Of a stretch of 46,975 nucleotides of DNA, positions 35,451-43,864 are shown in pieces; the stretch's first letter is position 1, and every line of letters starts with the position of its first letter. The stretch is from Miltoncostaeaceae bacterium. Lineage in GTDB: Bacteria; Actinomycetota; Thermoleophilia; Miltoncostaeales; Miltoncostaeaceae. The position numbers and the translations under genes were made by a program. The stretch covers positions 1 to 46,975 of the forward strand of contig JBKKDD010000090.1 in assembly GCA_046708705.1 (NCBI GenBank), read 5' to 3'. Under the pieces are notes generated by a model. The model saw only the letters and a program-made list of their open reading frames with translations, was not told where the DNA came from and made no database searches.

Positions 35451-36677
35451 TTACGCCGACGGCGCGTCGCTGGACAGGACAAGCGCGCTCGTCGCGGCGA
35501 GAATTCCGCCGGAACCATTGGTGAGCGCGATCTTGGCGTCGGGCACTTGGTGGTTGCCGCCGCCGTTGTTCGTGTCGTCGGCCTCGCCGCGAAGCTGCAG
35601 CGTCGCCTCGACAATGTGGTGCATCGCCCCCAGGTGCGCCTGGCGGATGAGCCCGCCATGCGTGTTCATCGGGAGCTTGCCGCCGAGTTTGGCGTTGCCT
35701 TCCAGGACCCAATCGCCGGCCTCGCCGGCACCGCAGATGCCGAAGCCCTCAAGGGCGATCAACGGCGTGAAGCTGAACGAGTCGTAGATCTCGACGACGT
35801 CCAGGTCCTGCGGACCGACGCCGGCGACCTCCATCGCCCGGCGACCCGCCCGACCGAGTCCCTGGCGGACCCCGTCGACCGACTCGGCTGACGAGATGTA
35901 CTGGTGGGAGTAGCCCTCGCCGATCCCGGCGATGTACACGGGCGTCGCCTTCATGTCCTTGGCCCGGGCGGCCGTCGTGACGAGAAACGCGCACGCGCCG
36001 TCGGAGACCAGCGAGCAGTCCATCGCGTGGAACGGAGTGGCGATCCACCGGTCGGCCATGACGTCGTCGATGGTCACGACGTCGCGCAGCATCGCGTTCC
36101 ACTTGAGCGCGGCGTGCTCGGACTGGGTCGCGACCACCGCCGCCAGCGCCTCCTGCGGCACGTCGTGCTCGTACATGTAGCGCTGGGCGAGCAGCCCGTA
36201 GCCGCCGATCGTCGTGAGCCCGTACGGCGCCTCATAGGCCCCGTGGCTCATCTCACGCGCCATCGCGATCATCCCGGAGCTCGAGATCCCGGACCGGGTG
36301 TTGTCACCACGCACGCACAGCACGACCTCGGCGAGGCCCGCGTCGATCGCCATTGCGGCCTGCACCGCCATGAGCGGGGCGGTCGCGCCGCCGACGGCAA
36401 CCGATGCGAAGTACCCGGGCGCCATGCCCAGGTAGTCCGCGAACGTCGTCGCGTGCATCAGGGTGTGCTCGACAAACGAGAAGGCGGTCACCATCCCGTC
36501 GACGTCGGCCAGGGTCACGCCTGCGTCGGCCAGGGTCAGCTTGGTGGCCTCTGCCAACAGGTCGAAGGAGCCACGCCCGGGCAGGACACCCTGCTCGGTC
36601 TCGCCGACACCGGCGATGACGATTCCCTTGGACAGCATGCGTCGTGCCTCACGCACATCGGGTGTGCTCTCGCCCAT
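35451..36677 (-). CDS. Thiolase-fold 'lipid-transfer protein' (Ltp-like), apparently without the nucleophile Cys
   Basis: IVIAGVGETEQG, FASVAVGGATAPLMAVQAAMAI (Gly where the thiolase Cys is expected, by-eye alignment), NGSGGIL. RBS GAGAGGAGA. Confidence 0.7.
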   Translation of the reverse strand: MGESTPDVREARRMLSKGIVIAGVGETEQGVLPGRGSFDLLAEATKLTLADAGVTLADVDGMVTAFSFVEHTLMHATTFADYLGMAPGYFASVAVGGATAPLMAVQAAMAIDAGLAEVVLCVRGDNTRSGISSSGMIAMAREMSHGAYEAPYGLTTIGGYGLLAQRYMYEHDVPQEALAAVVATQSEHAALKWNAMLRDVVTIDDVMADRWIATPFHAMDCSLVSDGACAFLVTTAARAKDMKATPVYIAGIGEGYSHQYISSAESVDGVRQGLGRAGRRAMEVAGVGPQDLDVVEIYDSFSFTPLIALEGFGICGAGEAGDWVLEGNAKLGGKLPMNTHGGLIRQAHLGAMHHIVEATLQLRGEADDTNNGGGNHQVPDAKIALTNGSGGILAATSALVLSSDAPSA

Positions 36678-36875
36678 CCGTCTCCTCTCGTGGACCGGTT
36701 CTCGGACCCGCGCGTGAATGGGGAAATGCGCGTGCGCGGGGTGAGTGCCGGGCAGCGAATGGCCCCCGGCGGCTTGGGGAAGCTACCAGCGGCGCACCCG
36801 GCCGGGCAACTCGGAAATCCCCGCTCCTGCTACGATCTTGTGCCAAAACGCGGACGGAGACAGTGAAGGAGCAGC

Positions 36876-37178
36876 GTGAAGGACGTCGAGCCCATCTATG
36901 ACCAGGCAACTGACACCCTCAAGGCGATCCGAAAGGGTCACCCATCAGCGTCGGCTGTGACCAACACGAAGGGTGTCACAGTGTTCTTTGACCCCGACAC
37001 GAACGAGGTCCTGGGGTACCAGATCCCGAACTTCACCGCCTACTACGAGGCGAACAAACTGCCCGACGGAAGCTATGACGTCGACCTTCCCACCCGGGTT
37101 CCTGTGAACCTCGAGGAGGAGATGGACTTCGACGAGGAGCAGCTTCGCTCGGGCGTCCGCATTGCCGAGTTCTACTAG
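36876..37178 (+). CDS. Small DUF2283-like protein with an acidic C-terminal half (paralog 1)
   Basis: GTG start with RBS GAAGGAG. IYDQATDTL...VFFDPDTNEVLGYQIPNF...YDVDLP. Paralogous to 39370..39654. Confidence 0.6.
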   Translation: MKDVEPIYDQATDTLKAIRKGHPSASAVTNTKGVTVFFDPDTNEVLGYQIPNFTAYYEANKLPDGSYDVDLPTRVPVNLEEEMDFDEEQLRSGVRIAEFY

Positions 37179-37271
37179 AGCGGTGGACCGGATCGTCCCT
37201 CGGAGACGCGTCGAGGGTCGATCGACGACCGCCTGGGCCCCCTGACAGTACCGGTGGGGTCCATGAACGCT

Positions 37272-37455
37272 CTACGGAGAGTTGCCGCGGCGGGCGTGTT
37301 GCATCCAGTAGAACGCGACGGCCACACGCCTGGCGAGTACCGACTTCGCGACGCGCGAGTTCGCAACGGTCGACCTCGACGGCAACCTCCTCACGTTCTC
37401 CACCTGGATCAACGGGACGTGACCAAGGTCACCCCGAGACGTAGGCATCCGTGAA
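37272..37455 (-). pseudogene. Possible relic of a DDE (IS3-like) transposase C-terminus
   Basis: The minus-frame translation LIQVENVRRLPSRSTVANSRVAKSVLARRVAVAFYWMQHARRGNSP loosely resembles the ...LKxELvxrRxFxTRxEAxxAIFEYIExFYNxxRxHSxLG tail of IS3-type integrase cores. No start codon and no upstream catalytic domain. Confidence 0.25.
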
Positions 37456-37521
37456 GATCCAGGGACGCCGGCAGAGTCGAGATGAGCTTGCGCGCGGTGT
37501 CGTCGATCGAGTAACCCGCGA

Positions 37522-39231
37522 CTATCCCTTGTGCCCGACGATGATGGAATCCGGGCCCTTGCCCTGCGGGACCATCGGAAATACCTTCGCCATCTGGTCG
37601 GTGTGCACGTCGACGAGCGCGGGCCCATCATGGGCGAGCGCCTCGGCGAGTGCATCTTCGAGCTCGCCCTCATCGGTGATCGTCGTTCCGGGCATGCCAT
37701 ACGCGCGTGCAATCGCGGCGAAGTCGGGCTGGAACGCCTCGTAGCTCGTTCCCGCGTAGCGACCCTCCCAGAAGAGCTCCTGCCACTGGCGAACCATTCC
37801 CAGGTAGCCGTTGTTGAGAATGATGACCTTCACCGGCAGGTCGTACATCATCGCCGTGGAGAGCTCCTGCAGGGTCATCTCGAACGACCCGTCGCCGGCG
37901 ATGTCGATGACGAGCTCGTTCGGCAAGGCGACCTGCGCCCCAAGCGCCGCGGGGAGGCCGAAGCCCATGGTGCCCAGGCCACCCGAAGTGACCCATCGGC
38001 GCGGCTGGTCGAACAGGTAGTGCTGGGCGGCGAACATCTGGTGCTGGCCGACATCCGTCGCGACGATCGCTTGTCCGCGCGTGAGCTTGTAGAGCGACTG
38101 CACGACGCGTTGTGGAGGGATCGCGCCGTCGGTGTCGGTGTCGATCTCGTAGGGGAACTCACGCTTCCAGGTCTCCACGCGCTCACGCCACGTCGCGCGC
38201 TGCACCGGGTCGTGGCGCTCGGCGAGCTCGGCGTAGGCATCGGCGATCGCCCCGAGGGTCGCCTTTGCCTGACCGGCGATACCGATGTGGGCCGAGCGGT
38301 TTTTGGAGATCTCTGCCGGGTCCACGTCGATGTGGATGATCTTGGCGCCGGGTGCCCACTCGTTCATGACCGTCGAGAGCACACGCTCGTCGAAACGCAC
38401 CCCGACGGCCAGGATCAGATCCGACTCTTGGAATGCCCAGGTCGCGGCGGCGATGCCGTGCATCCCCGGCATTCCGATCCACAGCGGGTTCGACGCCGGA
38501 AAACCGCCGAGTCCCATCAACGTAGTCGTGACGGGCACCTCCGCCGTGCGCGCCAGGCGCGTCAGCTCGTCGTCGGCGCCGCTGATGATCACCCCACCGC
38601 CTGCGTAGATCACCGGCCGTTTGGCCTGGGCAAGCGCACGTGTCGCCGCAGCGATCTGCCGCGGGTGCCCCGCGGAGGTCGGAGGGTTGTAGCCGGGGAT
38701 GAGCGGGGGGTGCGGACCGGTGTAGTCGTCGACGTCCTTGGCCCACACGTCCACGCAGACGTCCACCAGCACCGGTCCGGGACGGCCGCTCTCGGCGATA
38801 TGCACGGCCTCGGCGATGATCTGGGGGAGCTCGTCCGCCTCTTTGATCAGGTAGCTGTGTTTGACAACCGGGAGGGTGATGCCGACGATGTCGGCCTCCT
38901 GGAAGGCATCGGTCCCCACGCGGCTCGACCCGACCTGGCCGGTCAACGCGATCATGGGCACCGAGTCCATGTAGGCGTCGGTGATCGGGGTCACGAGGTT
39001 AGTGGCCCCGGGTCCCGACGTCGCGGTGCACACGGCCGCCCGACCGGTCACCTTCGCATAGCCCTGTGCGGCGTGGCCTGCCCCTTGCTCGTGGCGCGTC
39101 AGGTATGTGCGGATCGTCGGGTCGTCGTGGAGCGCGTCGAACAATGGGATCACCGGGCCGCCCGGGATGCCGAACACCGCGTCGATCCCCGCGCGTTTGA
39201 GTCCCTCCAATGTTGCATCCACGGCGCGCAT
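37522..39231 (-). CDS. ilvB: Acetolactate synthase large (catalytic) subunit, TPP-dependent
   Basis: GIPGGPVIPLFDAL, TSGPGATNLVTPI, GTDAFQEADIVGITLPVVKHS, GLGTMGFGLPAALGA, IILNNGYLGMVRQWQ. 569 aa. No small-subunit gene adjacent. Confidence 0.85.
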   Translation of the reverse strand: MRAVDATLEGLKRAGIDAVFGIPGGPVIPLFDALHDDPTIRTYLTRHEQGAGHAAQGYAKVTGRAAVCTATSGPGATNLVTPITDAYMDSVPMIALTGQVGSSRVGTDAFQEADIVGITLPVVKHSYLIKEADELPQIIAEAVHIAESGRPGPVLVDVCVDVWAKDVDDYTGPHPPLIPGYNPPTSAGHPRQIAAATRALAQAKRPVIYAGGGVIISGADDELTRLARTAEVPVTTTLMGLGGFPASNPLWIGMPGMHGIAAATWAFQESDLILAVGVRFDERVLSTVMNEWAPGAKIIHIDVDPAEISKNRSAHIGIAGQAKATLGAIADAYAELAERHDPVQRATWRERVETWKREFPYEIDTDTDGAIPPQRVVQSLYKLTRGQAIVATDVGQHQMFAAQHYLFDQPRRWVTSGGLGTMGFGLPAALGAQVALPNELVIDIAGDGSFEMTLQELSTAMMYDLPVKVIILNNGYLGMVRQWQELFWEGRYAGTSYEAFQPDFAAIARAYGMPGTTITDEGELEDALAEALAHDGPALVDVHTDQMAKVFPMVPQGKGPDSIIVGHKG

Positions 39232-39369
39232 CCGGCATTCCTCTCGTTCGTCGCGATACTCTCGAAGTCCCTGCGTTTCCCCGTGAGAGTAACAACACCT
39301 GCCGGAGGAGCCATCGTGGCCACATCACCCCCCCCGCCCGACCGCCCATCGTTCGCCGAGGAGAACGCC

Positions 39370-39654
39370 ATGCGGGTGGCGAGTGAGTCGCTCAACTACT
39401 ACGACCAGCACAGCGACACCTACCACTGCTCGTATGGACCCCCCTCCCCCGCGCTGACGATCCGAGACCCGGAGCGAGAGCTTCTCGTGCGTGTCGATCC
39501 GCAATCGGGACAGGTCCTTGGTTTCACGATCCCGGAATTCAAGGGCTGGCATGCCCGCCACGCCGACGAGGATGGCGGCTTCGAGGTGGACCTGCCGCCG
39601 GTGTGGCCGCTCCAACCCGGCTCCGAGGAGTCGACCGATCTGGACGACGAGTAG
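39370..39654 (+). CDS. Small DUF2283-like protein with an acidic C-terminus (paralog 2)
   Basis: C-terminal part of ORF 37531..39654. ATG 39370 with GAGGAG RBS (alternative GTG 39316 with GGAGGAG). YYDQHSDTY...[18 protein letters not shown]...FEVDLP parallels 36876..37178. Confidence 0.6.
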   Translation: MRVASESLNYYDQHSDTYHCSYGPPSPALTIRDPERELLVRVDPQSGQVLGFTIPEFKGWHARHADEDGGFEVDLPPVWPLQPGSEESTDLDDE

Positions 39655-39694
39655 ACTTTCGCACGGTACGACAGCATCCGACAAGGGAGCCTGC

Positions 39695-40507
39695 ATGGGG
39701 GTCGAGACCCAACGCGTCGAGGATTTCAAGCTCGCGAAAGAGCCGTACTACCTCGCCCTCGGAAACGAGGTCGAGCTGTACGAGGCGGCTTACAGCGCCG
39801 GGTTGCCGGTCATGCTCAAGGGTCCGACGGGTTGTGGCAAGACGCGCTTCGTCGAGCACATGAGCTGGCGACTGGAGCGGACGCTCATCACCGTCGCATG
39901 CCATGAGGACCTCACCGCCTCGGATCTCGTCGGCAAGTACACCCTGCGCGGCGACGAGACAGTGTGGCAGGACGGACCGCTGACCATCGCCGTGAAATCC
40001 GGCGGGATCGCCTACCTCGACGAGATCGTCGAGGCGCGCAAGGACACCACCGTCGTCATCCACCCCCTCACGGACGACAGGCGCATCCTGCCGCTCGAGA
40101 AGAAGGGCGAGATCGTCGCGGCACCGCCGGAGTTTCACTTGGTGATCAGTTACAACCCCGGCTATCAGTCGGTGCTGAAGGACTTGAAGCACTCCACCAA
40201 GCAACGGTTCGTCGCCATCGACTTCGACTACCCGCCGCCGGATCTCGAGGAGGAGATCCTGCGCAACGAAGCGGACGTCGACGCGGACGTTGCCAGCAAG
40301 CTCGTCAAGATCGCCGAGAAGGTCCGCAACCTCCGCACCCACGGCCTCGAGGAGGGCGTCTCGACGCGACTTCTGGTCTACGCCGGACAGCTCATCGGGA
40401 AAGGCATCGAGCCGGTCGCCGCCTGCGAGGCGACGATCTGCAAGCCGATCACGGACGATCTCGACATGCAGCGATCGATCGTCGAGATCGTCGCGACCCA
40501 GTTCTGA
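39695..40507 (+). CDS. CbbQ/NirQ/NorQ/GvpN-type MoxR AAA+ ATPase
   Basis: ATG 39695 with [29 protein letters not shown] (Walker A), [10 protein letters not shown] (Walker B), [16 protein letters not shown]. ~270 aa, as for CbbQ/NorQ. Confidence 0.85.
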   Translation: MGVETQRVEDFKLAKEPYYLALGNEVELYEAAYSAGLPVMLKGPTGCGKTRFVEHMSWRLERTLITVACHEDLTASDLVGKYTLRGDETVWQDGPLTIAVKSGGIAYLDEIVEARKDTTVVIHPLTDDRRILPLEKKGEIVAAPPEFHLVISYNPGYQSVLKDLKHSTKQRFVAIDFDYPPPDLEEEILRNEADVDADVASKLVKIAEKVRNLRTHGLEEGVSTRLLVYAGQLIGKGIEPVAACEATICKPITDDLDMQRSIVEIVATQF

Positions 40508-40574
40508 GGCGAGGTCGTGCCGTGACGAAAGCGCCCCCCAGGTGACATTCGGACCGGCCGTCGGCAACGTCGGG

Positions 40575-41627
40575 ATGTACGTCGCGCGCGAGATGCTCGC
40601 CGCCGTCCCCGAGGATCAGCGCGCGACATACTTGTCGCTCGTCGAGCAGATCTCCGAGCTCAAGTACCAGCTGGGCGTGGAGGTCGCGCGGCAACTCCCG
40701 CGGCTCTTGTCGGCGCATGACACCGCACAGGTCGCGGCATATCTCGACCAGGTGAAATCGGTCGCCGCGGTCGGCTGGAAGAGCGGCGTCGAGGTCGCCA
40801 AGCAGCTTCCCGACCTCTACGACGCCCCCGACCCGGCGCTCGCCGGCTCATACGTCGCGATCGTGACGGGCGCGACCGCCGGACCCGAGGAGGACACCGA
40901 AACCGTCGACCTCGCAGCCGAACTCGATCGGCTCGAGCAAGAGCTTCGTGAGATGGAGCCGAAGGTCCAGCGGGCGCAGGAGCTGAAATCGCTCCTGTCG
41001 GCGCGTGACCGCCGTGACGAGAAACGGCGGAAGCACGCGGTCGAGCTCGCATCGGTTCTGCCGCCGATCTTGGCCAGGCTCCGGCCGCGTCACCGCGCGA
41101 CGTTCCTGGAGCAGGTGGATCGCGTCGCCTCGGCCGACCCGGAATCGGCCTTGGAGGCCGCCGACACGCTCCTGGACCTCTTGAACGGCGAGCGTGTCAG
41201 CGCCGAGGGCGCGACGGAGTGGGTCACCCGCGGACTGGACGTGCTCGATCGCAACAAGGAAGTGGGTCGGGGCTACTTCCGGCTGGGCTCCAAGCACGCC
41301 CTCGAGGTGCTCGAGGAGCTCCGTGAAGGACTTGCGCTCAAACAAGTTGCGCGGGTGCTCAAGCTTTATGCCACCGCGCTCAGCGGTCGCGACGTCGCGA
41401 TCCGCTCTACCCAAGAGATGTATGCGATCGAGGCCTTCGGCGCCGACCACGTGGTCCTGCCTCCCGACATGCGGTTCTTCGAAGACGACGACGCCAACTT
41501 TCGCGCCTACAAGGTCGCGACGGCCCATGGTGCCGGGCGCATCGAGTTCGGCACGTATGATTTTCGCCTGGACGATTTGGGCGCGGTCGTGGAGCGCTTG
41601 ACCACAAGATATGGAGGAACGGCGTGA
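40575..41627 (+). CDS. Helical-repeat protein resembling the N-terminal region of CbbO/NorD
   Basis: Four ~32-40-aa repeats of the form (G)VE(V/L)AxxLPxLL...YLxxVxxVA and a C-terminal FRAYKVATAHGAGRIEFG motif. Alternative start GTG 40542. The stop overlaps the next start (GTGA). Confidence 0.6.
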   Translation: MYVAREMLAAVPEDQRATYLSLVEQISELKYQLGVEVARQLPRLLSAHDTAQVAAYLDQVKSVAAVGWKSGVEVAKQLPDLYDAPDPALAGSYVAIVTGATAGPEEDTETVDLAAELDRLEQELREMEPKVQRAQELKSLLSARDRRDEKRRKHAVELASVLPPILARLRPRHRATFLEQVDRVASADPESALEAADTLLDLLNGERVSAEGATEWVTRGLDVLDRNKEVGRGYFRLGSKHALEVLEELREGLALKQVARVLKLYATALSGRDVAIRSTQEMYAIEAFGADHVVLPPDMRFFEDDDANFRAYKVATAHGAGRIEFGTYDFRLDDLGAVVERLTTRYGGTA

Positions 41628-43408
41628 GTACGAATGCGTCCGAGGCGGTAAGTGATCTCGGTCGGTTCTACGCCTTGTTTCCCCAACAGGATCTCGCGCG
41701 AGATCTGTTCAACATCGTGGAGGGCCACCGCGTCGATGCACGGCTTCGCGTCGCCTACCCGGGCATCCGGCGGGACATGCTCGCGGTCGCGACCGCGACG
41801 GTCGAGCGCCGCGAGGGGCTGAGCCCCGGCGCGAGCGAGGCCCAAGCGGTCGTCGAGGCCATGCTCACTCACACCCTGGTCGGCGACGTCGACCTGTCGC
41901 CGTTGCCCGAGGCGATCTCGGCGATGGTGACCGACGCCCTGACCCTGATGGACAGGGTGCTCGACCACGATGCGACGGTCGCCGACAGCGCGCGTGTAGC
42001 CGCGGCGTTGTACGAGCTCATCGACGACGGCGCACGGCAAGCGCCGCGAAACCCGTTCGTCTCCGATGCTGATCCGGGCGCCGCCGCCGAGCCCGACGCG
42101 GGTGACGAGGGCGCAGACGCCGATACCGCGGACCCCGCCCGACCGGGTGACGGCATCGATGAGTACTCCTCCGCGGACATGCCGCCGTTCATGACGCCGG
42201 TACTGGAGGAGCTCGTCAAGCAGCGTGCCCAAGCGCAGGGCGAGGGCGAGGACACCCCGGACGCTCCCGACCAGGCTCCTGAGGCCGACCAGGCCATGCA
42301 GACCCAGCAGGCGCAAGCTGGTGGCGAGCGTGGCGAGGACGAGATGGCGCAGCGGGCCGACACCAACACCGAGCAGGCGCCGGCGTCACCCGGCGAGGCG
42401 CCCGATGGCCAGGCGGACGACCTCGAGGGAACCGGCGCGGACATGGATCTTGCGCCCGGCGCAGACGTGCCGATGGTCGAACCCGAAGACGACGCAGAGG
42501 AGGATCTGGGGGAGCAGACCTTCTACTACGACGAGTGGGACCACAAGATCGAGGATTACCGGCCGGCGTGGTGCACGTTGCGCGAATCACGTGCCACCCG
42601 GGTCCATGAGGCGTTCGTGGCGGCAACGTTCTACGAGCACGGTGGTGTGGTCAGCCAGATCCGCCGCAACTTCCAGCTCATGCGCCCGGAGCGGCTTCGG
42701 AAGATGCGCTACCAGCCGGACGGCGACGACCTCGACATCGAGGGAATCGTGGAGTACGTCGTCGATCGCAAGACCCGCATCAGCCCGACCGAGCGGGTGT
42801 ACATCAAGCGCGACAAAAAGGATCGTGACGTCGCCACAGCGTTTCTGGTCGACATGTCGAGTTCGACCGACCGCAAGATCGACGGGCGCAAGCGCATCAT
42901 CGACATCGAGAAGGAGTCGCTGCTGCTCATGTCCGAGGCGCTGGAGGCGATCCGTGACGAGTACGCGATCTATGGCTTCTCCGGCTCGGGGCGAGAAGAC
43001 TGCCAGTTCTACACCATCAAAGAGTTCGGTGAGCGCTACGACGATCGGGTCAAGGGACGCATCGGTGGTATCTACGGACGTCAAAAGACGCGCATGGGCC
43101 CTGCCTTGCGCCACGCGACGAAGCGTCTCATGGCCGTTGACGCGCACGTCAAGCTGCTGATCCTCTTGACCGACGGCAAGCCCTATGACTCAGACACCTA
43201 CCAGGACAACACGTACGCACAGGAGGACACGAAGATGGCGTTGCGCGAGGCGCGGCGCGAGAAGATCCATCTCTTCTGCGTGACCGTGGATCAAGAGGGC
43301 GCCGACTACCTCCCTCACATGTACAGCGACGCGAACTTTGTCGTCGTCGACGACGTCCGGACACTCCCTCAGAAGCTTCCCCAGCTCTACCGGCGCCTGA
43401 CGACCTAA
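41624..43408 (+). CDS. CbbO/NorD-type von Willebrand factor A (vWA) protein
   Basis: C-terminal vWA domain with MIDAS LVDMSSST...LLTDGKPYD. FYYDEWDHKIEDY motif. Long acidic linker. Follows a CbbQ-type ATPase. Confidence 0.8.
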   Translation: MSTNASEAVSDLGRFYALFPQQDLARDLFNIVEGHRVDARLRVAYPGIRRDMLAVATATVERREGLSPGASEAQAVVEAMLTHTLVGDVDLSPLPEAISAMVTDALTLMDRVLDHDATVADSARVAAALYELIDDGARQAPRNPFVSDADPGAAAEPDAGDEGADADTADPARPGDGIDEYSSADMPPFMTPVLEELVKQRAQAQGEGEDTPDAPDQAPEADQAMQTQQAQAGGERGEDEMAQRADTNTEQAPASPGEAPDGQADDLEGTGADMDLAPGADVPMVEPEDDAEEDLGEQTFYYDEWDHKIEDYRPAWCTLRESRATRVHEAFVAATFYEHGGVVSQIRRNFQLMRPERLRKMRYQPDGDDLDIEGIVEYVVDRKTRISPTERVYIKRDKKDRDVATAFLVDMSSSTDRKIDGRKRIIDIEKESLLLMSEALEAIRDEYAIYGFSGSGREDCQFYTIKEFGERYDDRVKGRIGGIYGRQKTRMGPALRHATKRLMAVDAHVKLLILLTDGKPYDSDTYQDNTYAQEDTKMALREARREKIHLFCVTVDQEGADYLPHMYSDANFVVVDDVRTLPQKLPQLYRRLTT

Positions 43409-43414
43409 TCCACA
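43406..43414 (+). promoter_or_regulatory. DnaA-box-like 9-mer
   Basis: TAATCCACA is an 8/9 match to TTATCCACA, immediately upstream of the first iteron. It overlaps the TAA stop of the vWA gene. Confidence 0.3.
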
Positions 43415-43418
43415 GCCA

Positions 43419-43691
43419 GGGTAAGCCGCTCGCGGCAAAGCACCGTGATCAGGGTACGCCGCTCGCGCCCGCGCACTCGCCCACATCGCGACCCTGGTTC
43501 TCGACTCGCGGACCGGGGTAAGGGACTCGCACTTGCTTGTGGCTCACGGGGGTATGCGACTCGCGCATGGCTACGGAACCGGGGTATGCGACTCGCGACA
43601 CTCGCTCGTCGTCCCCGTGTGACCGGGGTATGCGACTCGCGGCGGCACGGGGGTATTCGACTCGCGCCCACCGGGGTACCAGGCTCGCGGC
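43419..43691 (+). repeat. Iteron array (8 good copies plus 1 degenerate) of a ~17-18-bp repeat, consensus GGGGTAWGCGACTCGCG
   Basis: GGGTA cores at 43419, 43452, (43495 degenerate), 43516, 43550, 43582, 43626, 43651 and 43674. Spacings are 33, 43, 21, 34, 32, 44, 25 and 23 bp, close to multiples of 11. The first and last copies are each followed by CAAAGCNCNGTGATC. Confidence 0.85.
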
Positions 43692-43733
43692 AAAGCCCTG
43701 TGATCCTTCTCGCAGAAACGGGTCTCGAGCGTC

Positions 43734-43777
43734 GTTAAGTATCAGTTGTTAAGGGAAAAGCCAGTTTCATATCATTC
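43734..43777. other. AT-rich segment (candidate DNA-unwinding element of the origin)
   Basis: GTTAAGTATCAGTTGTTAAGGGAAAAGCCAGTTTCATATCATTCA is about one-third GC against a ~68-70% GC background. It contains GTTAAG twice and lies between the iteron array and rep. Confidence 0.55.
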
Positions 43778-43778
43778 A

Positions 43779-43829
43779 GGGGTGCGCTCTCGCCCCTTCC
43801 CCTTCGGGGTCGGGCGCACCCCATTTTTT
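43779..43829 (+). terminator. Long GC hairpin plus T-tract (intrinsic-terminator-like) inside the origin region
   Basis: GGGGTGCGC...(inner CCCCttccccttcGGGG)...GCGCACCCC followed by ATTTTTT. Confidence 0.55.
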
Positions 43830-43846
43830 CCTGCGAGTCAGCTACC

Positions 43847-43864
43847 CGGGGTAAGTAACTCGCA
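43847..43864 (+). repeat. Isolated iteron copy just upstream of rep (candidate autoregulatory operator)
   Basis: GGGGTAAGTAACTCGCAG matches the iteron consensus, 18 nt before ATG 43882. Confidence 0.6.

Noticed and set aside
43419-43691. The repeat array was considered as a possible CRISPR locus.
   Set aside because: The repeats are only ~17-18 bp and degenerate. The spacers are short and of variable length (a few to ~27 bp), there are no cas genes, and the array lies next to a Rep-like gene and an AT-rich segment. Iterons explain it better.
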